Assembly: GCA_043732485.1 (NCBI GenBank)
Contig: JAYTHP010000175.1
Location: forward strand, 63-64,062
Length of the DNA stretch: 64,000 nt
Reading direction: 5' to 3'
Source of the DNA: Oligoflexia bacterium
Lineage (GTDB): Bacteria > Bdellovibrionota > UBA1018
Shown here: positions 1 to 9,484 of the stretch, piece by piece
Position numbering within the stretch: the stretch's first letter is position 1
How the letters are laid out: each line of letters begins with the position of its first letter
The notes under the pieces: model-generated
Seen by the model: the letters and a program-made list of their open reading frames with translations, nothing else
What the model was told of the DNA's origin: nothing
Databases searched by the model: none
Made by a program: the position numbers and the translations under genes

Positions 1-32
1 TTAACCAGTGGCCGCGTTGCCAGTGCCACACC

Positions 33-440
33 ATGAAACAAAAGAACCCCTTTCGCACCCCACCCGCAGCCCCCAAGCCCGACTCCGTTCGCAGCAGGTC
101 GTCTGCTCATACTTCTTCTTCGTCTTCTTGGGTCACTCTTTTCTCACGCGTTTTTTCCACCCCCCGACTGACGCTTTTTTTCTTTCTCAGTTGGCTGATC
201 TTCTTAACCGGATTTTTTCCCTTCTGGAGCTCCCCTCCAGGCCTACTGCAGGCTTATCGCCTGAAAAAGCTCCTAGCCCAACGAACCACCGAGCTGCTAA
301 AACTCCAAAGCGAAATTGCCAGACTGGAAAGTGACGAAAAAAAGCTCACCTCCCAGCTTGAAAGCCAAGCCAGGGAAATTAGAAAAACCCTAGGCTACCT
401 GAAAAAAGACGAGCTGCTATTTGAGTTTCGCGAACCGTAA
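33..440 (+). CDS. FtsB/DivIC-like septum formation initiator (TM + coiled coil)
   Basis: 135-aa ORF. A hydrophobic span (LTLFFFLSWLIFLTGFF) is followed by a coiled coil (LKKLLAQRTTELLKLQSEIARLESDEKKLTSQLE) and a C-terminal REIRKTLGYLKKDELLFEF, which is the FtsB/DivIC layout. The N-terminal 40 aa are low-complexity, so the start is uncertain. Confidence 0.5.
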   Translation: MKQKNPFRTPPAAPKPDSVRSRSSAHTSSSSSWVTLFSRVFSTPRLTLFFFLSWLIFLTGFFPFWSSPPGLLQAYRLKKLLAQRTTELLKLQSEIARLESDEKKLTSQLESQAREIRKTLGYLKKDELLFEFREP

Positions 441-745
441 ACCAGCGACCTGAATCCGGGCTATCCGTCCGTCCCCCTCGGTGTAAAGCCCCGGCCCCAC
501 GTCCGCTTTTAGGCCTCTTTTTTCGCTCACGGCCTTCTTGATTTCTCCTGGCGCAGCCAAGCACACTCAGCAAGAACCAACTCCCTGCTGCGGCTGCTCT
601 CCTACTCTTGCTCCTATACCTACCACTTTGCGCTCCCCCCCCCAAAAGTAAGCCCTCGACAAAAACTGCCAAGGGACCGCAAAAAAGACTCGCGCAGCAC
701 TGAATGTTCATGCCAGAATTAATAAATAGAAGGAGAAAAAACCTG

Positions 746-949
746 ATGACCTCTGGGGTAGTAAAATGGTTCAACGCAAGTAAAGGGTTTGGTTTTATTG
801 AGCAACAAGGCGGCAACCAAATTTTCGTTCACTGGACTGCCATCCTGCTTGAAGGGTATAAAACCTTAGCAGCAGGCCAGGCAGTGGAATTTGATCTCTA
901 CGAAGGTCAAAAGGGACCTGAAGCCCAAAACGTCGTCTTAATGGCCTAA
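746..949 (+). CDS. cspA: Cold-shock protein, CspA family
   Basis: [30 protein letters not shown] carries the KGFGFI and FVHW RNP motifs. The ATG at 746 is preceded by AGGAG at 731-735. The ORF-track start at 704 is probably too far upstream. Confidence 0.9.
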   Translation: MTSGVVKWFNASKGFGFIEQQGGNQIFVHWTAILLEGYKTLAAGQAVEFDLYEGQKGPEAQNVVLMA

Positions 950-1096
950 TCACAAAAACCCAAACAGACCCGTCAAGCAAAACTCTGCCACCTGTCTGCC
1001 CGCTCCCACAAAGCCTTGTGGAGAGGGAGCAATGAAGCGAGGAGCTTGCTGGACCTTTGGACTGACGAGGCCCGGCCAAAGACGAGCGAGAGCAAA

Positions 1097-1120
1097 CCAC
1101 CGCCCCCAAGCGGGCGGTGG
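1097..1120. terminator. GC-rich hairpin between convergent cspA and typA (possible bidirectional terminator)
   Basis: CCACCGCCC (1097-1105) and GGGCGGTGG (1112-1120) are perfect 9-bp complements around a 6-nt loop. The hairpin lies directly after the typA stop codon, but the flanking U-tracts are weak. Confidence 0.5.
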
Positions 1121-2986
1121 TTAGTTAATGCGCTCGCTGCGCTTCACGCTGCGATGGTTGAGTGATAAGACCTTCTTGCGCAAGCGAATGGTTTTGGGCG
1201 TGACTTCGATCCACTCATCTTCGTCAATCCATTCGATACACTGCTCAAGTGACATTTTTCGGGTGCCTGCAAGCGTGACTAAAAACTCCGCCCCAGCGGC
1301 ACGAATGTTAGTGAGTTTCTTTTCCTTACAAGGATTGACGTTCAAATCGTTCTCCTTGTTATTTTCACCAATGATCATGCCCTCATAGACCGCAACCCCT
1401 GCGCCAAAGAACAAAATGCCGCGATCTTCCAGCCCCAGTAAACCGTACTCCACCGTATCGCCTGAGCGATCGGAGATCAAAGACCCGATCTGACGGTGCG
1501 GCAAATCACCGCGATGCGGACCATAACCCAGTAAATAAGTGCTAAAAAGCCCGTCACCACGTGTGGCAGTCAGATACTTCGAGCGCATGCCCAGCAAACC
1601 ACGCGTCGGGATATCAAACTCCAAACGCACCCGGTTGCTGCCGTGGCCTGATCCGCCCTCGTACTTCGTCAAAAGCCCCTTGCGCCCTTGGAACATCCCC
1701 GTCACATCCCCGACTGCAGTCTCTGGCAAATCCAAAACCGCACGTTCCATCGGCTCTAGGCGATCACCCTTCTCATCATTCTTGTAAAGCACGGTGGGTT
1801 TACCGATCATAAACTCAAACCCTTCACGCCTCATTTGCTCAATTAAAATGGCAAACTGCAACTCACCGCGCCCCAACACCCGAAACTGATCGTTGGTCGC
1901 GGTTTCTTCTAACCTCAAGGCCACGTTCTGGCGTACTTCGCGTACTAAACGGTCCCGCAGCTTACGCGATTGAATCGCTTCGCCCTCTTTGCCGGCAAGC
2001 GGCGAGGTGTTTACGGAAAAAACCATCCCAAGCGTTGGCTTCTCCACATAAATGCGACTCAACGCCGGCACCGAGTCATCCCCCACCAGTGTGTCGCCGA
2101 TTTCAACCAACTCACTTCCGGCAATCACCCCAATGTCGCCTGCCACCACTTCCTGCACTTCTACCTGCTTTAACCCTTCATAGGTGAACAGCTGAGCGAC
2201 ATTAAAAGATTCCGTCTTGGGCTGACCTTGCTCATTCACGCCCCGTCTGATGATCCGCTGACTCTTCTTTAAAACGCCGGCACTCACCCGACCAATCGCA
2301 AGCCTCCCGACGTAATCCGAGTAGGCCAAATTGGAGACTAACAACTGAAAACCAGGAAAATCAGCCACCTTGGGCGGCGCGACGTGCTCGACAATCTGCT
2401 CAAACAAAGGCACAAGCAAGCCCTTCTTCTCGCCACTTAAAAACTGCGGGATCTCCTTTTCATCCATCGTGCACCAACCCTGCCTGGCGCAGGCATAAAC
2501 AATCGGAAAGTCAGCCTGGCTTTCGCTTGCGCCCAGATCAATAAACAGATCAAAAGCGTGATTGACCACATCTTCAATGCGCGCATCCGGGCGATCGACC
2601 TTGTTGATCACCAAAATCACTTTTAATCCCTGCGCTAAGGCTTTTTGCAAAACAAAGCGGGTCTGCGGCAAGGGACCTTCGGCGGCGTCCACCAGCAAAA
2701 TGGCACCGTCTACCATCCCCATAATGCGCTCAACCTCACCCCCAAAGTCCGCGTGTCCCGGGGTGTCGACAATGTTGATTTTAGTATCATTAAACTGCAC
2801 CGAGGTGTTTTTTGCTAAAATCGTGATCCCACGCTCGCGCTCCAAATCCATCGAGTCCATCACCCGGTCTTCCACCACCTGATGCGTCTGAAAGGTCCCT
2901 GCCTGCTTGAGCAAAAAGTCCACCAGCGTGGTCTTGCCATGGTCAACGTGGGCGATAATACAAACATTGCGAATACTAGAAAACAT
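1121..2986 (-). CDS. typA: Translational GTPase TypA/BipA
   Basis: 621 aa. The N-terminus IRNVCIIAHVDHGKTTLVD and the DTPGHADFGGEVER and NKVDR G-motifs follow the EF-G-like domain order typical of BipA. Confidence 0.95.
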   Translation of the reverse strand: MFSSIRNVCIIAHVDHGKTTLVDFLLKQAGTFQTHQVVEDRVMDSMDLERERGITILAKNTSVQFNDTKINIVDTPGHADFGGEVERIMGMVDGAILLVDAAEGPLPQTRFVLQKALAQGLKVILVINKVDRPDARIEDVVNHAFDLFIDLGASESQADFPIVYACARQGWCTMDEKEIPQFLSGEKKGLLVPLFEQIVEHVAPPKVADFPGFQLLVSNLAYSDYVGRLAIGRVSAGVLKKSQRIIRRGVNEQGQPKTESFNVAQLFTYEGLKQVEVQEVVAGDIGVIAGSELVEIGDTLVGDDSVPALSRIYVEKPTLGMVFSVNTSPLAGKEGEAIQSRKLRDRLVREVRQNVALRLEETATNDQFRVLGRGELQFAILIEQMRREGFEFMIGKPTVLYKNDEKGDRLEPMERAVLDLPETAVGDVTGMFQGRKGLLTKYEGGSGHGSNRVRLEFDIPTRGLLGMRSKYLTATRGDGLFSTYLLGYGPHRGDLPHRQIGSLISDRSGDTVEYGLLGLEDRGILFFGAGVAVYEGMIIGENNKENDLNVNPCKEKKLTNIRAAGAEFLVTLAGTRKMSLEQCIEWIDEDEWIEVTPKTIRLRKKVLSLNHRSVKRSERIN

Positions 2987-3075
2987 AAACTAAGGCTCTT
3001 TCTTGGAAAAAATAGGTTGATCGCAGTGAAAAGGAGCAGAAAAAAAAGGCAAAGCTGTCTCTACCTGCAGACTCT

Positions 3076-4512
3076 TTAGCCTGCGCTGAGAGCATTGACC
3101 AGAGCATCACAAGTCGCTTTGGCGTCTCCAAAAATTAACGAACAATTCGGATAATAGAATAGGGCGTTATCTACCCCTGAGTAACCAGCTTTCATACTTC
3201 TTTTGCTAATAAAAATCTGCTTAGCCTTATAGGCATCTAAAATCGGCATCCCATACAAAGGACTCTGGGGGTCGTTTTTGGCGGCAGGGTTCACCACATC
3301 GTTGGCCCCAATCACCAACGCAATGTCGGTGGCTGCAAACTCCGCGTTCACTTCCTCCATCTCAAAAACCGCGTCATAAGGGATATCAGACTCGGCAAGC
3401 AACACATTCATGTGTCCAGGCATGCGACCAGCCACTGGATGAATCGCAAACTTGACGTCAATCCCTTTGGCACTCAGCACCTGATACAGCTCCTTAACTG
3501 CATGCTGGGCCTGAGCCACCGCTAAACCATAACCCGGAATAATCACCACTCGCGTGGCGTTATCCAACATAAAAGCCGCATCTTCCACCGAAGCCGACTT
3601 GACCCCCTTCACCCCGCCTGGCTGATCACAGGCCGCCTCACCTGCCCCACCACTGCCCCCTGCACTGCCAGCTCCGCCAAAAATCACATTAAAAATCGAG
3701 CGATTCATGGCCTTACACATGATGTAAGACAAAATGGCCCCGCTACTGCCGACCAAAGCTCCCGTTGCAATCAAAAGCTCGTGATTTAAAATAAACCCAG
3801 TTGCTGAAGCCGCCCACCCGGAGTAGGAGTTCAACATCGAGACCACCACCGGCATGTCAGCGCCACCAATTGGCAGTACGAGAAGTAAACCCAGAAGCAT
3901 CGCTAGCACAGTGAGACCGAGCAAAGAAGCCAGATCACCCGTGAAGGTCAGGTGAGTTAACAAACCTAGGGCACTCAAGGCAAGCATTAAATTTAAAAAA
4001 TGCTGCCCATAAAAACTTAAGGGACGCGAACTTAAAAGCTCCTGCAACTTAGCAAACGCCACGAGCGACCCGGTGAAAGTGATGGCACCAATAAAACTGC
4101 CTAAGCCCAGCTCGAACAGCTCTAAGCCCGATAAATCCGCCATCCCGGTTTGCAGCTCGCGGTGGTTGAGAAACGTGCCAAGCGCCACCAAAACCGCAGC
4201 GAGACCCACGAAACTGTGCAAAAGTGCCACCAGTTGCGGCATCGCCGTCATGCTGATTTTGAGCGCTAGTACTCCCCCAACCAGCGCACCTAGTCCCAAA
4301 CCAGCCAGCACCCAGCCGTACTCCTGCAACTCAGGCTGCAGCAAGGTCACCGTAAGCGCCAAGGCCATCCCGAGCATCGCTAAGGTATTGCCCTTCAGCG
4401 CTGTTTTTGGCGAACTCAACCCTTTCAACCCGAAAATGAAGCAAATCGTGGCTAAAAGATTTACAAACGCAAAAAAATCGGCATTCAAAAAACCCAACGA
4501 CTTGAAATCCAT
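3076..4512 (-). CDS. pntB: NAD(P) transhydrogenase subunit beta
   Basis: 478 aa. The N-terminal half is polytopic, and the C-terminal dIII domain carries GYGLAVAQAQH...HPVAGRMPGHMNVLLAE. Confidence 0.95.
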   Translation of the reverse strand: MDFKSLGFLNADFFAFVNLLATICFIFGLKGLSSPKTALKGNTLAMLGMALALTVTLLQPELQEYGWVLAGLGLGALVGGVLALKISMTAMPQLVALLHSFVGLAAVLVALGTFLNHRELQTGMADLSGLELFELGLGSFIGAITFTGSLVAFAKLQELLSSRPLSFYGQHFLNLMLALSALGLLTHLTFTGDLASLLGLTVLAMLLGLLLVLPIGGADMPVVVSMLNSYSGWAASATGFILNHELLIATGALVGSSGAILSYIMCKAMNRSIFNVIFGGAGSAGGSGGAGEAACDQPGGVKGVKSASVEDAAFMLDNATRVVIIPGYGLAVAQAQHAVKELYQVLSAKGIDVKFAIHPVAGRMPGHMNVLLAESDIPYDAVFEMEEVNAEFAATDIALVIGANDVVNPAAKNDPQSPLYGMPILDAYKAKQIFISKRSMKAGYSGVDNALFYYPNCSLIFGDAKATCDALVNALSAG

Positions 4513-4547
4513 GACTCAGTGCATCCTCAATCTTTCAATCCTAATTC

Positions 4548-4832
4548 TTATTTCTTTTTCTTGAACATGGCTAACATGCGATAGGTGACGATAAACCCAC
4601 CAAAAATGTTGATGGAAGCCAAAAAAACCGCAAGAAATCCCAGCTCGTGAATCCCAGTCACGAAACTGGGCGATCCTGCCACCAGCATCGCACCGACCAC
4701 CACAATCGCACTAATCGCATTGGTCACTGCCATCAGCGGCGTGTGTAAAGCAGGCGTCACCCCCCAAATGACATGATAACCCACCACACAAGACAAGACA
4801 AAAACGTAAACAGCCACCATCGTCATGGACAT
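4548..4832 (-). CDS. pntAB: NAD(P) transhydrogenase subunit alpha part 2 (membrane)
   Basis: 94-aa hydrophobic protein ([20 protein letters not shown]) located between pntAA and pntB. Confidence 0.85.
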   Translation of the reverse strand: MSMTMVAVYVFVLSCVVGYHVIWGVTPALHTPLMAVTNAISAIVVVGAMLVAGSPSFVTGIHELGFLAVFLASINIFGGFIVTYRMLAMFKKKK

Positions 4833-4849
4833 GAGTTCTTTAATTCCTT

Positions 4850-5962
4850 TTACTTTCCTAAGGCTTTCCAGCGATTTTGCCCTTCGTAGACCACCGTTGC
4901 TGCCGCAATAATATCGTCTTGCAGATCTAAACGCAAAACGCCGTCACTCACCAAAAGGCCTAACAAAGCTAGGATATTTTGTCCGTAAAACTGGCTTGCG
5001 TCAGCAGGCAGCAAGGCCGGATACTGCGTGAAACCGACAATTTTCACTTGATGCCTAACCACCACCTGGTCTGGGACACTGAGAGGACAGTTCCCGCCGC
5101 TTGCGGCGGCCATGTCCACCACCACCGACCCAGGGCGCATCCCCTGCACAGCAGCTTCCGTGATCAACACCGGAGCCTTCTTGCCAGGGATATTGGCAGT
5201 CGAGATAATCACATCCATCTTTTGCAGCCGCTCGGTCAGTAATTTCTGCTGGCGCGCCTTGGCCTCAGCCGAAAGCTCCTTGGCATAGCCTCCCTGCCCA
5301 GAACCCTCTTCCTGTAAATCAAGCTCCAAAAACTTCGCACCTAACGAAAGAATTTGCTCCTTCACCGCCGCGCGCACGTCGTAAGCTTCCACCACCGCGC
5401 CTAAGCGCTTAGCCGTGGCAATCGCTTGGAGCCCAGCAACCCCTGCCCCCAAGACCATCACCTTGGCAGGCTTAGCGGATCCGGCAGCAGTCATCATCAT
5501 CGGGAAAAAGCGCCCATACTGGCTTGCAGCCTCAAGCACCGCCCGGTAGCCGGCAATATTGGCTTGCGACGATAAAACATCCATCGCTTGTGCCCGCGAG
5601 GTGCGAGGAATCAGTTCCACCGCCATGGCATTCACACCCGCAAGCGCCACTTGATCAAGCAAGCCGTCTTGCAGATAAGGGTCCATGCAGGCAATCAGCA
5701 ACGCCCCTTTTTTCAGGTGCGCAAGCTCTGAGAGCGAAGGGCGATTGACTTTTACGACCAGTTCGCAGGCCCAAGCCGCTTGCGCGTCACTGAGCTCCAC
5801 CCCGACGTCCTGATAGTCTTGATCCGGAAAGCCCGCGAGCACGCCTCCCGTGCGCTCTAAGCAAAGCGAAAAGCCCTTTTTAATCAGTTTTTGAGCCGTA
5901 AGCGGGGTCAGGGCAATGCGCGTTTCACCGGGCCGGGTTTCCTTAGGCAGACCAATCTTCAT
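4850..5962 (-). CDS. pntAA: NAD(P) transhydrogenase subunit alpha part 1 (dI)
   Basis: [20 protein letters not shown] plus the Rossmann motif [22 protein letters not shown], matching the alanine dehydrogenase/PNT family. Confidence 0.9.
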   Translation of the reverse strand: MKIGLPKETRPGETRIALTPLTAQKLIKKGFSLCLERTGGVLAGFPDQDYQDVGVELSDAQAAWACELVVKVNRPSLSELAHLKKGALLIACMDPYLQDGLLDQVALAGVNAMAVELIPRTSRAQAMDVLSSQANIAGYRAVLEAASQYGRFFPMMMTAAGSAKPAKVMVLGAGVAGLQAIATAKRLGAVVEAYDVRAAVKEQILSLGAKFLELDLQEEGSGQGGYAKELSAEAKARQQKLLTERLQKMDVIISTANIPGKKAPVLITEAAVQGMRPGSVVVDMAAASGGNCPLSVPDQVVVRHQVKIVGFTQYPALLPADASQFYGQNILALLGLLVSDGVLRLDLQDDIIAAATVVYEGQNRWKALGK

Positions 5963-6111
5963 GACAAAAAATCCTCGATCCTTTAAGTCTTAGCGGAAAA
6001 GAGGACCCCAGACCACCTTTTTTCGCAAAAAGGCGACTTAAAAAGGCGCTTTTAAGCGCTCTCTTCAGCAAGAAGGGGACGGCGGGGTTGCTGCACGAGC
6101 AAGCCCGCCAC

Positions 6112-7233
6112 CTAGCTATCTGCTAGCTCCCGGTACCAGGCGGGAGCTGCAAATTTCTCTTTACCAAAGGGCAAGCGATTCATCTCGATTTCCCCCATAA
6201 AGCTCGGCAGGTAGCCTGTGGTAATCAGCTCGCCCACGATGGTCCCATCGGCGGCCCGACCCCGCTGAACGAATTTAAAGATATCATGAATCTGATAGCG
6301 ACCGGTATCGCCCACTTCTGGCATCACTTCGGTAATATGCGTGACCTTGCGACTGCCATCCATCAGTCGCTTGATTTGCACCACCACGTGGATGGCTGAG
6401 GCAATTTGCCGACGAATAGCAGAAACGGGCACCTGCGTTTCCCCCATCATCGCTAAAGTTTCCAGCCGTACCAGGGCGTCATAAGGGTTGTTGGCGTGCG
6501 TTGTCCCCATCGATCCGCCATGGCCGGTATTCATGGCGGTAATTAAATCGAGGGCCTCAGGCCCTCGCACCTCGCCGACGATAATACGATCAGGTCTGAG
6601 CCTAAGCGCTGATTTAATCAAATCGCGCACCGTGATTTCGCCTTTTCCTTGCTCATCTTTCGGTTTAGTTTCAAAGAAGACCACGTGCTCGGTGACGATC
6701 TTCAGCTCAGAGGAGTCTTCGATAATCAGCAGCCGCTGCGCCCCGGGGATGCGCGATCCTAGCACATTGAGTAAGGTGGTTTTGCCGGATCCGGTGCCGC
6801 CGGACAGGATCATGTTTTTTGCCAGAAAAATACAAACGTCCAAGAAACGGGCGGCCTCCTTGGAAAGAGAACCCCGCGAAATGAGATCAATAAAGGTGGG
6901 ACTGCCTTTGGAGAATTTACGAATCGCAAGCGTGGTGCCCTTGCGCGAGCAAGGCGGAATCACCGCCGCCACCCGGCTGCCATCCGGGAGTCGGGCATCG
7001 AGGATCGGATTTTCCTGATCCACCCTGCGGCCAACAAACTGGGCAATGTTGCGCACGGCAGCCTGCAAGGCTTGCTCGTCCTTAAACTGCACACTGGTTT
7101 TCTCTAGTAACCCCTTGCGCTCGATGAAAATCTCGCTTGGGCCATTAATCAGCACCTCAGACACGGAATCATCACTCAGAAATTGGGCCACCGGAGCAAG
7201 AAAAGTGCCCACGGAATCTTCAAAAATCCCCAA
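6112..7233 (-). CDS. CpaF/TadA/VirB11-family type II/IV secretion ATPase
   Basis: 373 aa. Walker A is SGGTGSGKTTLLN. The Asp box (LLIIEDSSEL), Walker B (RPDRIIVGEVRG) and His box (MNTGHGGSMGTTHAN) are also present. Confidence 0.85.
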   Translation of the reverse strand: MGIFEDSVGTFLAPVAQFLSDDSVSEVLINGPSEIFIERKGLLEKTSVQFKDEQALQAAVRNIAQFVGRRVDQENPILDARLPDGSRVAAVIPPCSRKGTTLAIRKFSKGSPTFIDLISRGSLSKEAARFLDVCIFLAKNMILSGGTGSGKTTLLNVLGSRIPGAQRLLIIEDSSELKIVTEHVVFFETKPKDEQGKGEITVRDLIKSALRLRPDRIIVGEVRGPEALDLITAMNTGHGGSMGTTHANNPYDALVRLETLAMMGETQVPVSAIRRQIASAIHVVVQIKRLMDGSRKVTHITEVMPEVGDTGRYQIHDIFKFVQRGRAADGTIVGELITTGYLPSFMGEIEMNRLPFGKEKFAAPAWYRELADS

Positions 7234-7239
7234 AGCTTT

Positions 7240-8175
7240 TTAATCCCTTCCCACCCTGACTTGAGAAACTCTCAAGCGCGGATCGCGCACAATTAACGTC
7301 CCGCGTGCACCATTGATCGGACAGTACATCTGGAACTGTCCGACTTCGGTCGGGGTAAAATTAAGCTCGCCCATCTCAGCCATTTTAATCTGCTTACGCA
7401 CTTGCAATTCATCAATAATCAGACAGGTCACCTTCTTGGTGGCGCTGGTGATCAGCAACCGCACCGGGATGTCTTGGGTGACAAATAACGTATGAGGGAA
7501 AAAATCACTCTCACCACTAATCAGCGCAATTTCTTGCACCCCTTGCCGGAGCGCTGCATTGGCGAGCGGAGAAAGGGTTTGGGCAGACAACACCCCCACT
7601 TTTTGCGACCCTAAGGAATTTTTTTCCCAGCGCTTTTCACCCGACGGCAGATGAGACTCTGTGGACATCTTGCCCCTCTCAGACCTCTTCGACCTCTTCG
7701 ACCTCTTTGACCTCTTTTTTGCCCCACCTTTTTTAGCGCCACATTCATCCTGCTCGCACGAACCCATCGCCTCCGCCGACCCCTCTTCTTCCCCTTCGCT
7801 GGCAGGAGCACGGCCCCCCATCCCGCCGCCACCTTCCATCGGACTTACGCTGGCACTCAGGAGCTGCTGTTCTTCAGCTAAAAAATTTCGGGAGCTGCGG
7901 GAAGAACCCCAACCCCCTGGCTGCTCCAGCCTGGCTCGAGGCGACTCCGGTTGCGCCCCAAAGCGCGACGGGGCAAACTCCTCCGTCTCGGACGCCTGAC
8001 TAACCGGCTCCTGATTTTGCAAAAACGGGGAAACCATCGGCACCTCAGCCCTCAAAACGCCCCCACCCCACGGCAAGGGCAATAACGGCAGCAGTGCTCC
8101 TACCAGGACGGCCAAGCGATATCCCGCCTTAAATGTGCCAACCACTAATTTTTGGTTCGTTTTTGTGACTCGCAA
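7240..8175 (-). CDS. Membrane-anchored protein with low-complexity spacer and C-terminal cupredoxin-like domain
   Basis: The open frame runs to 8412. A TTG at 8175 with GAGGG 8 nt upstream gives an N-terminus of MRVTKTNQKLVVGTFKAGYRLAVLVGALLPLLPLPW (charged stretch then TM). The middle is Gly/Glu/Ser/Lys-rich (KRSKRSKRSKRS). The C-terminus PVRLLITSATKKVTCLIIDELQVRKQIKMAEMGELNFTPTEVGQFQMYCPINGARGTLIV resembles the cupredoxin_1 pattern (TC...ftP...G.y.f.C...M.G.l.V). The stop lies 6 nt before the ATPase start. Confidence 0.5.
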   Translation of the reverse strand: MRVTKTNQKLVVGTFKAGYRLAVLVGALLPLLPLPWGGGVLRAEVPMVSPFLQNQEPVSQASETEEFAPSRFGAQPESPRARLEQPGGWGSSRSSRNFLAEEQQLLSASVSPMEGGGGMGGRAPASEGEEEGSAEAMGSCEQDECGAKKGGAKKRSKRSKRSKRSERGKMSTESHLPSGEKRWEKNSLGSQKVGVLSAQTLSPLANAALRQGVQEIALISGESDFFPHTLFVTQDIPVRLLITSATKKVTCLIIDELQVRKQIKMAEMGELNFTPTEVGQFQMYCPINGARGTLIVRDPRLRVSQVRVGRD

Positions 8176-8548
8176 CGCATCTACCCTCAAAGAAGAGACT
8201 CCATGAAAAAACACCGGGACAACACACCCAGACAAAAACCTTAAAAGAAGAAAAAAAAGAGGAGAGTCACCTCCACCTTGGCACAGGATTCTCCCACCTG
8301 AGCCCGAAGGCTTTCTCTTAGCTTCCCCATCGGCACTTGCGTCCAAGACCCTTACACCTAAACGCCAATAAAAATCACGACACACTGAGACTCTCCCACA
8401 TCCCCTCAGCAATGAAGGTGGGTAGGTAGAGGTAGATCAGGCAAGTAGGTCAGTCAGGATTTTGGCGGAAGGCAGAGCCGGGGAAGCGGCAGTGGCTTGG
8501 CTGCGTGTTGCCTCCTCAAAGAAAGCCAGAAGACAGCCGCTTCATTTT

Positions 8549-8583
8549 GGTCACAGGGTGGTCACAGGGCGGTCACAGGGCGG
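8549..8583. repeat. 11-bp tandem repeat, about 3.2 copies (GGTCACAGGGY)
   Basis: GGTCACAGGGT GGTCACAGGGC GGTCACAGGGC GG read directly from the sequence. It is intergenic, upstream (minus sense) of the cupredoxin-like/ATPase pair. Confidence 0.8.
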
Positions 8584-8728
8584 TTAAAAGCTTTTTGCGC
8601 GAAAATCAAAAACTTGAAGCCTCACGTGAGACCAAACACGAGCCAAAGCGCGACAGAAAAAAACTCAAGCCAGAGGAGAGGAGGAAAGAGGGAGCAGTAA
8701 AAGGCAGACCACTAAGCCCCCGCGGCCG

Positions 8729-9340
8729 TCACAGCGAAACGCGAACCACAGCCTGGGCCTGAAAATCAATCAGACTGAGCGCACTTGACGCGGCAAGCGC
8801 CGGCTCATAGAGCAAACTCACTTGCGGCCCCACGGAGAGCCCGTGCTCCCACACAAACTGATAACCCGTCACCACCCCTAAGGCCAAAGCAGTGAGGGAT
8901 CCAGCAGTCACTCCGGTAAGAGCCGCAAACTCGGTTGCCGCAAAGCCTACGGCGCTGGCACTTAAAATCCCCACGCCCACCCGGGCGCCGCAGTAAAGCG
9001 CTCTCAAGACGCCCGTAAAATAATAGGTAAGATCGGCTGTCAGGAAGGTCTGATGAGCACTGAGCCCTAAAGCCGTGAGACTGACCCCGGAAGAGCTGAG
9101 ACTCAAAGCCATCGAGGTTACACTCGCCCCAAGCTCAAAGCGGGGATGGATCTGATAACCCACCCGGCCGCCATAACTCAAGGAAGAGGAAGACGCCGTC
9201 GTGCCCGTGATATTCAACGAGACCACATCCAGCCCGACCCATCCACTGAAATTGAGCCCCTGCTCCTGGGCGTTACTCGTTAAAACGCCTAACCAAAAAC
9301 AAAGCACCATCATAGCCCCAAGCCTGAGCGAGCGCCTCAT
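8729..9340 (-). CDS. Putative outer-membrane beta-barrel protein, paralog A
   Basis: The signal peptide is MRRSLRLGAMMVLCFWLGVLTSNA-QEQ, from the ATG at 9340. The sequence is alternating-hydrophobic and Gly/Ser/Ala-rich. It is colinear with the neighbouring ORF: GGRVGYxxHPxxELGASV, DLxYxFxG, LYxGARxGVG, GLSVGPxVSxxY, DxQAQAxxR. Confidence 0.55.
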   Translation of the reverse strand: MRRSLRLGAMMVLCFWLGVLTSNAQEQGLNFSGWVGLDVVSLNITGTTASSSSLSYGGRVGYQIHPRFELGASVTSMALSLSSSGVSLTALGLSAHQTFLTADLTYYFTGVLRALYCGARVGVGILSASAVGFAATEFAALTGVTAGSLTALALGVVTGYQFVWEHGLSVGPQVSLLYEPALAASSALSLIDFQAQAVVRVSL

Positions 9341-9484
9341 CAAAAGGCTAAAGTTTCCTAGATTCTCCTGAGATCTCGTGACTTGCAACCCCCCCCAAAC
9401 CCTTCGACGGTTAGGTGAACCAGGTGCCTAAGAACACCTGAAGGCTCCCACCCTCTAAAAACATTCAAAAAAGAACACAGCGCG

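Noticed and set aside
379-816. Various long antisense or alternative-frame ORFs in the track (for example 379..816, 795..1109, 4073..4564, 6488..7018, 11262..11738, 25407..25796, 50476..50973, 61220..61684)
   Set aside because: Each lies opposite or out of frame to a gene with strong family motifs. All have biased shadow-ORF composition typical of GC-rich DNA.
8418-8458. GGTAG/TCAG-rich low-complexity run (GGTAGGTAGAGGTAGATCAGGCAAGTAGGTCAGTCAGG)
   Set aside because: No regular period or inverted symmetry could be defined. It may simply be part of the open frame reaching 8412 or compositional noise.
8549-8583. Possibility that the tandem repeats (here or elsewhere) are a CRISPR array
   Set aside because: The units are 11 bp and directly abutting with no spacers. 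No repeat-spacer periodicity of 25-40 bp and no cas genes were seen anywhere in the window.
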